Position numbers and translations under genes: made by a program. From Sphingopyxis sp. (lineage in GTDB: Bacteria; Pseudomonadota; Alphaproteobacteria; Sphingomonadales; Sphingomonadaceae), in NCBI GenBank assembly GCA_026125835.1, contig JAHCKJ010000001.1, forward strand, positions 1 through 34,832: 34,832 nt of DNA, read 5' to 3'. The stretch's first letter is position 1. Every line of letters begins with the position of its first letter. The notes under the pieces are model-generated. The model saw only the letters and a list, made by a program, of their open reading frames with translations. It ran no database searches and was not told where the DNA came from. Shown here in pieces: positions 9,181 through 18,178 of the stretch.

Positions 9181-10638
9181 TCAGAACAGACCGGGCAGTT
9201 CGCGCTGCGCCGCGCTCGGCCGGTCGGGAACCAGCATTTCGGGTTCGGCAACGATCCGCGCGCTGCTGCCTTGCGCCGCGGGGCCGACGCTCGCCTCGGC
9301 GATCCGTGTCGGGCACCCGGCGCCCGACAGGAAATCGATCGCGCGGCGCACCGACGCTTCGCGCGCGTCGCCGAGCGGCAGGCTGAGGTCGTCGCCCGCG
9401 GCACAGCTGTTGGCGATTTTCGGCGCCAGCCCGTTGTAATAATCGCCCGCGCCGGCCGAATTTCCGGTGGCAAAGGCGACGACGCGCATCCGGTCGTCGC
9501 ATTCGGCCTTGTCGAGCGCGATCTGGCCGACCGGCTTGCCAAAGGTGTTGCTGCCGACCAGGGTCATGTTGGCGCCCAGATAGGGCAGCATCGAGTTGAT
9601 GACGAGTTCGCTGGCCGATGCGGTCGATCCGGTGCCGATAAAGGCGATGCGGGTCGGCGCGATCGATTCGGGCTGCGGCGCAAAGAAGCGGTTGCTGTTC
9701 TGGCTCGATTTCGACGCGCGGAAAACGGTCTGCGAAAACAGCTGGCTCGACGTGCGGTTGCGCCCCAGCAGGTCGCCCATCAACTCGGCGGTCGAAACGA
9801 GCCCGCCGCCATTATAGCGAAAATCGATGATGATGTCGGTGACGCCCTGGTTGCGGAAGTCGAGGAAGGCCGCGCGCAGCTGCGGGTTCGCCGACGAGAT
9901 GAAGGTGCGCAGATTCAAATAGCCGTAGTTGCGGCCGCCTTCGCTGATGATCTTGGCGCCATAGCGGTCCGAAATCGGGTCGAGCGCATAATCGGCTTTG
10001 GCGACGGTAACGTCGCGTGTTCCGGCCGCATCGGTGATCCGCAGCACGCGGGTCACGCCGGGATCGTTCGGGCCCAGCGCGTTGGTGATCCCCGCCGTTC
10101 CTTCCGCTGCCACGATGGCGGCGATGGTGCGGATGTTGCCGCTGTTGGTGCCGATGCCGACAATCGCGGTGCCGCGGTCGATCCCCGCGGCAAAGGCGGG
10201 GGCGGTTTCATAGGCTTCGGCGATCAGCACGCGCTGGTTCGCCGCGTCATACACCAGCCGCACGCCGAACCCCGCGCTCGATCCGCTGGCGAAAAACGCG
10301 TTCTCCTCGGCGATCGAGGTGATGTAGGTAAAGAAACGATCCTTGCCCTGCGCGCGCGCCGGGGCGACCAGCGCGTCGATATAGGCGTTGACGCTGCCGA
10401 AACTCGCCGGATTGACCCCGCTCGCGACGTCGGCGGGGAAGAGATACCATTCGTCGATCACCGCCTTTGCGAAATTCTGCCGCGCGGCCAGTCCGCAGCC
10501 TGCGGTGGGTGCCGGGGTCGGTGAGGGCGTCGGGGTGACCGTGACCGGCCCGCCGCCGCCGGTCGAACTGCCGCCCCCGCCGCCGCACGATGCCAGCAAC
10601 AAGGACAGGACGGACAAGGATGCAACGGCACGGCGCAT
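9181..10638 (-). CDS. S41 family (tail-specific/C-terminal processing) peptidase, lipoprotein
   Basis: Lipobox LASC, Gly/Pro-Thr linker, DFRYNGGG, TASASE (catalytic Ser) and TFGKPVG (Lys). Confidence 0.9.
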   Translation of the reverse strand: MRRAVASLSVLSLLLASCGGGGGSSTGGGGPVTVTPTPSPTPAPTAGCGLAARQNFAKAVIDEWYLFPADVASGVNPASFGSVNAYIDALVAPARAQGKDRFFTYITSIAEENAFFASGSSAGFGVRLVYDAANQRVLIAEAYETAPAFAAGIDRGTAIVGIGTNSGNIRTIAAIVAAEGTAGITNALGPNDPGVTRVLRITDAAGTRDVTVAKADYALDPISDRYGAKIISEGGRNYGYLNLRTFISSANPQLRAAFLDFRNQGVTDIIIDFRYNGGGLVSTAELMGDLLGRNRTSSQLFSQTVFRASKSSQNSNRFFAPQPESIAPTRIAFIGTGSTASASELVINSMLPYLGANMTLVGSNTFGKPVGQIALDKAECDDRMRVVAFATGNSAGAGDYYNGLAPKIANSCAAGDDLSLPLGDAREASVRRAIDFLSGAGCPTRIAEASVGPAAQGSSARIVAEPEMLVPDRPSAAQRELPGLF

Positions 10639-10687
10639 AGATTATCCCCAGTATATCAACGTGCACCGACAATAGGCATATCGGCGC

Positions 10688-10702
10688 TGAATTGGAAATG
10701 AA
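10688..10702 (-). promoter_or_regulatory. TTCA-N7-TTCA direct repeat
   Basis: Minus strand TTCAtttccaaTTCA, 13 bp upstream of TATTGT (10669-10674). Confidence 0.5.
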
Positions 10703-10750
10703 GAAGCGGTGACGGGGTGCGACCGAAACCAGACGTCGGACATTCTTCCT

Positions 10751-10916
10751 CTCTCCCCTTGCGGGAGAAATACGAAGGTTTGGCAGCTGGCTGCCTAGCC
10801 GCAGTTGAGAGGGGGTTTGCGCCCGCTGGCGGTGCATCCCCTCCCAAGCTTCGCTAGGGTCAGGACCCTAGCTCCTGACGGAGCAAGCTGTGCTATCCTC
10901 TCCCGCAAGGGGAGAG
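10751..10916. repeat. REP/MITE-like element (CTCTCCCCTTGCGGGAGA family)
   Basis: Perfect 18-bp terminal inverted repeats at 10751-10768 and 10899-10916, with internal hairpins such as GCTAGGGT/ACCCTAGC (10853-10872). Confidence 0.85.
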
Positions 10917-10984
10917 GAGTTTGGGGCAGCCCACCACCTCCAAAGCGGTCAGCCGATCGTTCCGCCCACGGTGACGCCGAGGTG

Positions 10985-11692
10985 TCAGGCGCCGGTGTCC
11001 GCATCCTGCCGCCCCTTGAACCCTTGTGCGATCACATAGAGTTCGGGCGACCCCTTGCGGCTGGCCGGGGGCTTGGCGTGCTTTACCGTCGCAAAATTCT
11101 GTTTGAGGATATTCAGCAGCGTGTGATCGGCGCCGCCCGCGAACACTTTGGCGACAAAGGCGCCGCCGGGCTGCAAATTCTGTACCGCAAAATCGGCGGC
11201 GGTTTCGGCCAGGCCGATCGTGCGCAGATGGTCGGTCTGCTGGTGGCCGACGGTGTTCGCCGCCATGTCCGAAATCACCAGGTCGGGGGCACCGCCCAGC
11301 GCCTCGATCAGCGCATCGGGGGCGGCATCGTCCATGAAGTCCATTTCCAGGATCGCGACACCCTCGATCGGCTCGCACGCCAGCAGGTCGATGCCCGCGA
11401 CGCGGGCGCGCGGGTTCGCCTTGCGCACCACCTGCGACCAGCCGCCGGGGGTGATGCCCAGATCGACCACCGCGCGCGCTTTCTTGATGAAGCCGAATTT
11501 TTCGTCGAGTTCGATCAGCTTGTAGGCGGCGCGTGACCGATAACCCTCGGCCTGCGCGCGGCGGACATAGGGATCGTTGAGCTGGCGTTGCAGCCAGCGC
11601 GTCGACGAGGTGCTGCGCTTTTTCGCTGTCTTGACCCGCACATGCAGGCCGCCGCGACCTCCGCCGCCGCTGCCGCGCTTGCTCCCGCTCAT
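10985..11692 (-). CDS. rlmE: 23S rRNA Um2552 2'-O-methyltransferase
   Basis: WLQRQLNDPYV, YRSRAAYKL, DLGITPGGW, SDMA and KPPASRKGSPELY; ATGA overlap with the upstream gene. Confidence 0.95.
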   Translation of the reverse strand: MSGSKRGSGGGGRGGLHVRVKTAKKRSTSSTRWLQRQLNDPYVRRAQAEGYRSRAAYKLIELDEKFGFIKKARAVVDLGITPGGWSQVVRKANPRARVAGIDLLACEPIEGVAILEMDFMDDAAPDALIEALGGAPDLVISDMAANTVGHQQTDHLRTIGLAETAADFAVQNLQPGGAFVAKVFAGGADHTLLNILKQNFATVKHAKPPASRKGSPELYVIAQGFKGRQDADTGA

Positions 11693-12792
11693 GACCGATA
11701 TTCGCGCCGCGTGACCGGGACGTCGCGCCCCTGCATCGCCAGCGTCCGCAAAATCCCCTCGCGGATGCCGCGGTCGGCGACGCCGACGCGCGCCGCGGGC
11801 CACAGGTCGATGATACTTTCCAGGATCGCGCAGCCGGCGACGACCAGGTCGGCGCGCTCGCGGCCGATGCACGCGATTTCGGCGCGGTCGGCGATGCTGG
11901 CGTCGGCAAGGCGGCGGCTGATCTCGCGCATCGCATCGGCGGGAACGACCAGCCCGTCGACCGCACGGCGGTCGTATCGCGGCAGGTTCAGGAACACGCT
12001 CGCCAGCGTCGTGACCGTGCCGCTGGTGCCGAGCAGGCGCAGCTGCTGCCCCGCGAATTTCTGCGCACGCCCGGCGAAGTCGGCAAAGGCGGTGCGGGTC
12101 ACGTCGCGCATATGGGCATAGGCGGCCTGCCGTCCGGCCAGACTGTCTTCGGGCAGCGGCGCATGTTCGGTCAGCGACACCACCCCCCACGGGACGCTTG
12201 TCCAGTCGTGGATCTTGACGTCATGGTCCGACACGTCGACGTGCATCAATTCGGTCGAGCCGCCGCCGATGTCGAAAATCAGCGCCGGCCCTTCGCCCGG
12301 TTCCATCAGATTGTGGCACCCCAGCGCCGCCAGCCGCGCCTCTTCGGCGGGCGAAATAATGTCCAGCACGATGCCGGTTTCACGCCGGACCCGCTCGGCA
12401 AGCTCGGCGCCGTTGGCGGCGCGGCGGCACGCCTCGGTCGCGACCGCGCGCGACAGCGACACATGGCGGCGGCGCAGCTTGTCGGCGCAAATCGCCAGCG
12501 CCCCGACCGTGCGGTCCATCGCCGCGTCGCTGATCCGGCCGCTGCTGTGCAATCCCTCGCCCAGCCGGACGATCCGCGAAAAGGCGTCGATCACGACCAG
12601 CTCGCCATCCTGCGGCCGCGCGATCAGCAGGCGGCAATTGTTGGTGCCAAGGTCGATGGCAGCATAGCTGGGGGGACGGATGAAATGTTGCGCGCGCGCG
12701 ACCGGTTCGGCCTTTCCTCGCGCTTTTGCCGCCGACCCCGTTCGCGAACCCGGCCGCGGCGCTCGCCCTGATGGCGCTGCCATTTGCCGCAT
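11689..12792 (-). CDS. ppx: Ppx/GppA family phosphatase
   Basis: IDLGTNNCRLL, VRLGEG, ATEACRRA, DIGGGSTE, GTSGT and GIREG; exact start uncertain. Confidence 0.9.
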   Translation of the reverse strand: MRQMAAPSGRAPRPGSRTGSAAKARGKAEPVARAQHFIRPPSYAAIDLGTNNCRLLIARPQDGELVVIDAFSRIVRLGEGLHSSGRISDAAMDRTVGALAICADKLRRRHVSLSRAVATEACRRAANGAELAERVRRETGIVLDIISPAEEARLAALGCHNLMEPGEGPALIFDIGGGSTELMHVDVSDHDVKIHDWTSVPWGVVSLTEHAPLPEDSLAGRQAAYAHMRDVTRTAFADFAGRAQKFAGQQLRLLGTSGTVTTLASVFLNLPRYDRRAVDGLVVPADAMREISRRLADASIADRAEIACIGRERADLVVAGCAILESIIDLWPAARVGVADRGIREGILRTLAMQGRDVPVTRREYRS

Positions 12793-12850
12793 GGCTGTAC
12801 TTACCTGTCTCTCTCACCGGCCCGCAAAGCCGGACCGGCACTTGCCGCCG

Positions 12851-12879
12851 AACCTAGGCGGTGGGGCCAGCGAACGCAA
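12851..12879 (-). promoter_or_regulatory. Putative sigma70 promoter of ppx-rlmE
   Basis: Minus strand TTGCGT-N17-TAGGTT. Confidence 0.45.
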
Positions 12880-12910
12880 CCCCGACCCCGCCCAGCAGCC
12901 GACATCCAAG

Positions 12911-12942
12911 GAAAACCCCGCCCGGCGGGTGCCGGACGGGGT
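12911..12942 (-). terminator. Terminator of the glycine-zipper gene
   Basis: Minus strand ACCCCGTCCGGC-accc-GCCGGGCGGGGT followed by TTT. Confidence 0.7.
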
Positions 12943-13019
12943 CAGGGAGAGCGAAGATTATTGGGGGTCGGGTCCGCCTCTCGATAGCGGCCGTCGTTCC
13001 CCGGACCGGTGCTGCCGGT

Positions 13020-13418
13020 TTAGCGGCGGCAGCCGTCGTTGCCCTTGTCGATCGCGCGGCCGGCGATGGCGCCGACAGCGCCGCCGATGATCGTGCCGAC
13101 GGCCTTGTCACCGCGGCCGGCGATTTCATGACCGGCGAGGCCGCCAGCGATCGCGCCGATGATCGTGCCGCCGGTGCCATTGTCGCACTGGCGATAGTTG
13201 CGCTGATTGTAATAGCGACGATCCTGGCGGTAATCGCGGCGATCGGCGCGGCGGTCGTAACGACGGTCATAGCGGCGGTCGTCGCGGTCGTAGCGCGCGT
13301 CATAGCCCGCATAACCGTAATCGTTGTAATAGCCGTTCTGTGCGGCGGCGGGCGCCGCCATGCCCAGCGTCGCGGTGGACATCAGGGCGGCGATCGAGAG
13401 GGTCACCATCTTTTTCAT
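13020..13418 (-). CDS. Secreted glycine-zipper 2TM protein with Y/D/R-rich repeats
   Basis: Signal peptide ending AAA-Q, YDRR repeats, GTIIGAIAGGLAG and GTIIGGAVGAIAG zipper, two Cys; AAGGAG RBS. Confidence 0.88.
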   Translation of the reverse strand: MKKMVTLSIAALMSTATLGMAAPAAAQNGYYNDYGYAGYDARYDRDDRRYDRRYDRRADRRDYRQDRRYYNQRNYRQCDNGTGGTIIGAIAGGLAGHEIAGRGDKAVGTIIGGAVGAIAGRAIDKGNDGCRR

Positions 13419-13489
13419 CGTTGTTCTCCTTCTTTCGTCGTTGGGCCCTTCTGGGCGTTGTCGATGAAGGGGTTATGCGCGATTCGCAT

Positions 13490-13504
13490 TGAGCGAAGCC
13501 TGAA
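13490..13504 (-). promoter_or_regulatory. TTCA-N7-CTCA direct repeat
   Basis: Minus strand TTCAggcttcgCTCA, 14 bp upstream of TAACCC. Its TGAA half is also one arm of the inverted repeat TGAACGCC/GGCGTTCA (13501-13526). Confidence 0.4.
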
Positions 13505-13581
13505 CGCCGCTGTTGGCTGGCGTTCAGCTTCGGACACCGAAATGCTTTGCTTTTGCTGGCCGCGACCCTAACTCCGCGCCG

Positions 13582-14593
13582 ATGCGCCGCGCGATATTTG
13601 CCCTGCTGATCCTTTTTTTCGTCGGGCCGATGCCGTGGACGGTGCAGCGCTTCCCCGTCGACGACCATCGGCAACTGGTGACCGCGCGCCCGCTGCCCGA
13701 CCGGCCCCCGCCGTCGGGATCGCTGCACCTCGTGCGCGGCTGGCACCTGGTCAGCCCGCACAGCCGGTTCGGGGGCTTCTCCGCGCTCGCGCGCCCCGCC
13801 CCGGGCGCCTTCATCCTGGTCGGCGACAATGGCTACCGGACGCGGCTGACGATCGATGCGGCGGGGCGCGTGGGCGGTGTCGACATCCGCGCGCTGCCGA
13901 CGCCCGACGGTCGTCCGGCGAGCAAGGCGATGGCCGATGTCGAGGCGTTGGTCGTCGAACCGCAGCGCGACCGCGCGTGGATTGCGCTCGAAGGTATCAA
14001 CCAGATCTGGCGGCTCGCCGCCGACCTTTCGCGCATCGAGGCGCGGCGCAAGCTGCCGGAGCCGCGCTGGCCGGCGAATCGCGGCGCCGAGGCGATGGCG
14101 CGGTTGCCCGACGGGCGCATGGTCGTTTTTTCGGAGGATGCCGACGAGGATCCGCGCGGGCGCGAAGCGCTGCTTTACGCCGGCGACCCCGCGATGCCGG
14201 GACCGCCGCCGCAACGCTTCTTTTATGACGCGCGCGGCAAGGGGCTGGTCAGCGACGCGGCGGTGCTGCCCGACGGGCGCATCCTGCTCGTGCACCGCCG
14301 TCTCGGCTCGCCGGTCGGTGTTTACCACCATCCTGGCCGTGGTCGATCCGGCCGACATCCGCACCGGCGGGGTCGTGCGCTCGCAAACCATAGGCCGTGT
14401 GCCGCGCCGCCTCGCTGAAAATTACGAGGGCGCCGCGGTCGGCGTCGAAGGTGGCCGGACTTACTTGTGGCTCGTCTCCGACGATAATTTCAACCGCTGG
14501 CAGCGCAGCCTGCTGCTGCAATTCGAGCTGGTGGACCTGCCCCCCGCCCGGACGCCGGACAGCAAAAAGGCCGCGCGGAAACCGGCGGCCTGA
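13582..14593 (+). CDS. Esterase-like-activity-of-phytase family beta-propeller protein; frameshift near 14305-14320
   Basis: FGGFSAL, DVEAL and NRGAEAM in the first frame; ENYEG and WLVSDDNF...QRSLLLQF in the second frame ending at 14593. Confidence 0.8.
14564..14591 (-). terminator. rpmB terminator embedded in the 3' end of the convergent gene
   Basis: Minus strand AGGCCGCCGG-ttt-CCGCGCGGCC-TTTTT. Confidence 0.7.
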
Positions 14594-14617
14594 TTGCGGT
14601 TAGCGATGGCAGCGCGC

Positions 14618-14911
14618 TTAAGCGGCCTTTTCGGCCAGCTTCTTCGCGACTTCCTTCTTCACCTTGCGTGCGCTTGCCGACAGCTGGTCGTCGCCGGCCT
14701 TCAGCAGCCAGTTGTCGAGACCGCCGTTATGTTCGACGGTGCGCAGGCCGTGCGTCGACACGCGCAGCTTCACGCCCTTGCCCAGCGCGTCCGACAGCAA
14801 CGTCACATTCTGCAAATTGGGCAGAAAGGTCCGCTTGGTCTTGTTGTTTGCGTGGCTGACATTGTTGCCAACCATACGACCCTTGCCGGTCAGTTCGCAG
14901 ATGCGCGACAT
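14618..14911 (-). CDS. rpmB: 50S ribosomal protein L28
   Basis: [10 protein letters not shown]...[20 protein letters not shown]. Confidence 0.98.
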   Translation of the reverse strand: MSRICELTGKGRMVGNNVSHANNKTKRTFLPNLQNVTLLSDALGKGVKLRVSTHGLRTVEHNGGLDNWLLKAGDDQLSASARKVKKEVAKKLAEKAA

Positions 14912-14989
14912 GCTGTTTGTCCTCGTACAAAATTTCGGTTCGGCGTCCGGGTGCGTCCCGCAAAATCGGGGGCGGCGGGACCGGAGTGA

Positions 14990-15508
<519 letters not shown>

Positions 15509-15513
15509 AAAAA

Positions 15514-15670
15514 TCTCACATAAAGACACAATGACGGAAGCTTACCTAAATCCGTTTGTGCTGAGCTTGTCGAAGCACTGTTCTTCGCGAAGATCGAAGG
15601 AGAGAACGGCCCTTCGACAAGCTCAGGGCGAACGAAAGGAAAATGGCCCTCTTTGTGTCTTTGTGTGAGA
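15514..15670. repeat. Outer REP-like element (TCTCACAYAAAGACACAA family)
   Basis: 18-bp inverted arms at 15514-15531 and 15653-15670, with one G-T mismatch. Confidence 0.8.
15553..15634. repeat. Inner REP-like element (CTGAGCTTGTCGAAG family)
   Basis: Perfect 15-bp inverted core at 15561-15575 and 15612-15626, with CGTT/AACG ends. Confidence 0.85.
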
Positions 15671-15698
15671 AAATTTAGGGAAAGCTGTCCTGCGGTTC

Positions 15699-16403
15699 TC
15701 AACCCCCCAACACGTCCTCCACCCACTCCGGCACCAGCCGCGTCGCCGGGCCGTGCCGCGCCTCGGCGAACCAGTAACTCCCCTGGCTCGGTTCCATATT
15801 GAGTTCCAGCGTCAGTGCCCCCGACTGGCGCGCTTCGCGGACGAACCCCGCCGCCGGATAGACCGCGCCCGAGGTGCCGATCGACACGAACAGGTCGGCG
15901 CGGTTCAGCGCATGGTAAATCTCGTCCATCCGGTAGGGCATTTCGCCGAACCATACGATGTCGGGGCGCAGCGTGCCGCCCGCGCCGCACGCCGGACAGG
16001 CAGGCCGGTCGAGCAGCGGCCCGGTCCACGGGGTGCGCGCGTCGCACGCGGTGCACCAGGCGTTCAGATGCTCGCCATGCATATGGATCAGCCGCTTCGC
16101 CCCCGCGCGCTCGTGCAGGTCGTCGACATTCTGGGTAACGATGGTCAGCTCGCCCGGCCATTCCGCGTCGAGCCGCGCCAGCGCTTTGTGCGCCGCATTC
16201 GGCACCTTCGTCTGGATCGCCGCGCGCCGCATGTCATAGAATCGCAGCACCAGATCGGGGTCGCGCGCGAACGCTTCGGGGGTCGCGACATCTTCGACGC
16301 GGTGCTGTTCCCACAATCCGCCGCCGTCGCGAAATGTGTCGATGCCGCTTTCGGCGGATACGCCGGCGCCGGTCAGGATGACGATGTTCTGAACTTTTCC
16401 CAT
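15699..16403 (-). CDS. cobB: NAD-dependent protein deacylase (sirtuin)
   Basis: TGAGVSAESG, TQNVDDLHE, HMHGE, two CxxC zinc motifs, LRPDIVWFGE and GTSGAVYPAAG. Confidence 0.95.
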   Translation of the reverse strand: MGKVQNIVILTGAGVSAESGIDTFRDGGGLWEQHRVEDVATPEAFARDPDLVLRFYDMRRAAIQTKVPNAAHKALARLDAEWPGELTIVTQNVDDLHERAGAKRLIHMHGEHLNAWCTACDARTPWTGPLLDRPACPACGAGGTLRPDIVWFGEMPYRMDEIYHALNRADLFVSIGTSGAVYPAAGFVREARQSGALTLELNMEPSQGSYWFAEARHGPATRLVPEWVEDVLGG

Positions 16404-16415
16404 ATCCGACCCTAT

Positions 16416-16489
16416 CCGTTCGCCTCGAGCGAAGTCGAGAGGCGTTTGGCGCCGGGCCAACGTGTCTCGACTTCGCTCGACACGAACGG
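16416..16489. repeat. REP-like element (TCGAGCGAAGTCGAGA family)
   Basis: CCGTTCG/CGAACGG ends and a perfect 16-bp inverted core at 16425-16440 and 16465-16480. Confidence 0.85.
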
Positions 16490-16521
16490 CTAAAGGAAGG
16501 CCGCGTATCAGGGGACGGCAT

Positions 16522-17256
16522 ATGACCAGCATCGGCATTATCGGCAGCGAAGGACGGATGGGCGTCGCGCTCGCCGCGGCGATTTCCGAAGCGGGGCAGC
16601 GGCGCTGCGGCATCGACAAGGGCGGCGATGTGGTGAAACTAGCGGGCGACGCCGACGTCCTCGTCGACTTTTCGTCCCCCGCCGCGCTCGAAGCCACGCT
16701 CGACGCCTGCGTCGCGGCGAAAAAGCCGATCGTCATCGGCACCACCGGGCTCGAGGAACGCCATCATTATCTGATCGACGATGCCGCCGCCGACATCGCG
16801 GTGCTCCAGACCGGCAACACCTCGCTCGGCGTCACCTTGCTCGCGCATCTGGTGCGCGAGGCGGCGGCGCGGCTCGATCCCGAATATGACATCGAAATCG
16901 TCGAGATGCACCACCGGATGAAGCTCGACGCGCCCAGCGGCACCGCGCTCCTGCTCGGACAGGCCGCCGCCGCCGGGCGCGGCATCGACCTTGGCAAATG
17001 CTCCGAACGCGGCCGCGACGGACTGACCGGCGCGCGCGGCCATGGCAAGATCGGCTTTGCAAGCCTGCGCGGCGGCACCGTCGCGGGCGATCATGACGTG
17101 ATCTTTGCCGGGCCGGAGGAGATGATCACCCTGTCGCACCGCGCCGAAAACCGCATGATCTTCGCCCGCGGCGCGGTCCGCGCGGCGCTGTGGCTGATCG
17201 GGCAGAAACCGGGGCGCTATACAATGCCGCAGGTGCTCGGGCTGCCCGAGCGGTGA
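16522..17256 (+). CDS. dapB: 4-hydroxy-tetrahydrodipicolinate reductase
   Basis: GSEGRMG, VIGTTG, EMHHRMKLDAPSGTA and IFARGA. Confidence 0.96.
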   Translation: MTSIGIIGSEGRMGVALAAAISEAGQRRCGIDKGGDVVKLAGDADVLVDFSSPAALEATLDACVAAKKPIVIGTTGLEERHHYLIDDAAADIAVLQTGNTSLGVTLLAHLVREAAARLDPEYDIEIVEMHHRMKLDAPSGTALLLGQAAAAGRGIDLGKCSERGRDGLTGARGHGKIGFASLRGGTVAGDHDVIFAGPEEMITLSHRAENRMIFARGAVRAALWLIGQKPGRYTMPQVLGLPER

Positions 17257-17909
17257 AAAAGGCCGATATTTTCGAATTTTATCGCCGCCTGGCCGAACTT
17301 AATCCTTCGCCCGAAACCGAGCTTCAATTCGGCAACACCTACCAGCTGCTCGTCGCGGTCGTTCTGTCGGCGCAGGCGACCGACGTCGGGGTGAACAAGG
17401 CGACGCGGCGCTTGTTTCAGCAGGTGACGACGCCGCAGGCGATGATCGACCTCGGCGAGGTAGGCCTGAAAGAGCATATCAAGACGATCGGCCTGTTCAA
17501 CGGCAAGGCGAAGAATGTCATCGCGCTCTCCGAAATCCTCGTCCGCGACCATGGCGGCGAAGTCCCCGCCGACCGTGACATCTTGACCAGCCTGCCGGGG
17601 GTCGGACGCAAGACCGCCAATGTCGTGATGAACTGCGCGTTCGGCGCCGAAACTTTCGCCGTCGACACCCATATCTTCCGCGTCGGCAACCGCACCGGGC
17701 TGGCGCCCGGCAAGACGGTGCTCGCGGTCGAAAAAGCGCTGGAAAAAGGAACGCCCGCGCCCTTCCGCGTCGGCGCCCACCACTGGCTGATCCTCCACGG
17801 CCGCTACATCTGCAAGGCCCGCACCCCCGAATGCTGGCGCTGCCCGGTCGCCGACCTGTGCCGGTTCAAGCCCAAGACGGCGGCGCCGAAGGGGTGGAAG
17901 GGGGATTGA
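17253..17909 (+). CDS. nth: Endonuclease III
   Basis: LSAQATD, HhH motif LPGVGRKTAN, VDTH and C-x6-C-x2-C-x5-C Fe-S motif; GTGA overlap with dapB. Confidence 0.96.
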   Translation: MKKADIFEFYRRLAELNPSPETELQFGNTYQLLVAVVLSAQATDVGVNKATRRLFQQVTTPQAMIDLGEVGLKEHIKTIGLFNGKAKNVIALSEILVRDHGGEVPADRDILTSLPGVGRKTANVVMNCAFGAETFAVDTHIFRVGNRTGLAPGKTVLAVEKALEKGTPAPFRVGAHHWLILHGRYICKARTPECWRCPVADLCRFKPKTAAPKGWKGD

Positions 17910-17962
17910 TCCGTCCCTGTTGCGCGGATGTCCACTTTGGGGTGGGGAGCGGACCTTTAACC

Positions 17963-18062
17963 TCGTCATGCTGCGTTTCCAGCATCCATGGCTTAGTCGG
18001 GTTTGGCGCTGCGCCGACGGAAACGGCCGATCATGGATCCTGAAACAAGTTCAGGATGACGA
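17963..18062. repeat. REP-like element (GTCATCCTGAACTTGTTTCAGGATC family), left arm degenerate
   Basis: TCGTCATGCTG...CAGCATCCATG / CATGGATCCTGAAACAAGTTCAGGATGACGA. Confidence 0.75.
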
Positions 18063-18178
18063 TGCTGTAAATGTCGCGCTTCGGTCGCTAGCAATCATCT
18101 GCCCTGCTATTCTCCTCCACGTAACAGCGACAACGGTGCCACTTGCCGTCGGCCCATGACCCGCCATAACCCGTTGCC

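Noticed and set aside
11693-12190. Upstream ORF extensions of rlmE (likewise cobB to 16745, rne to 34826, GST to 5799, M48 to 31831)
   Set aside because: They overlap other genes or regulatory motifs; conserved N-termini and RBS or ATGA coupling indicate the shorter starts.
12793-13019. Possible tRNA or ncRNA upstream of ppx
   Set aside because: No cloverleaf or T-loop; the region is explained by a promoter and terminator. The 9-bp CCCGACCCC/GGGGTCGGG inverted pair could be chance at this GC content.
17920-18159. 79-aa ORF (and similar small ORFs across 5010-5096, 10751-10916 and 15514-15670)
   Set aside because: These are translations of REP-like elements with no RBS or family motifs.
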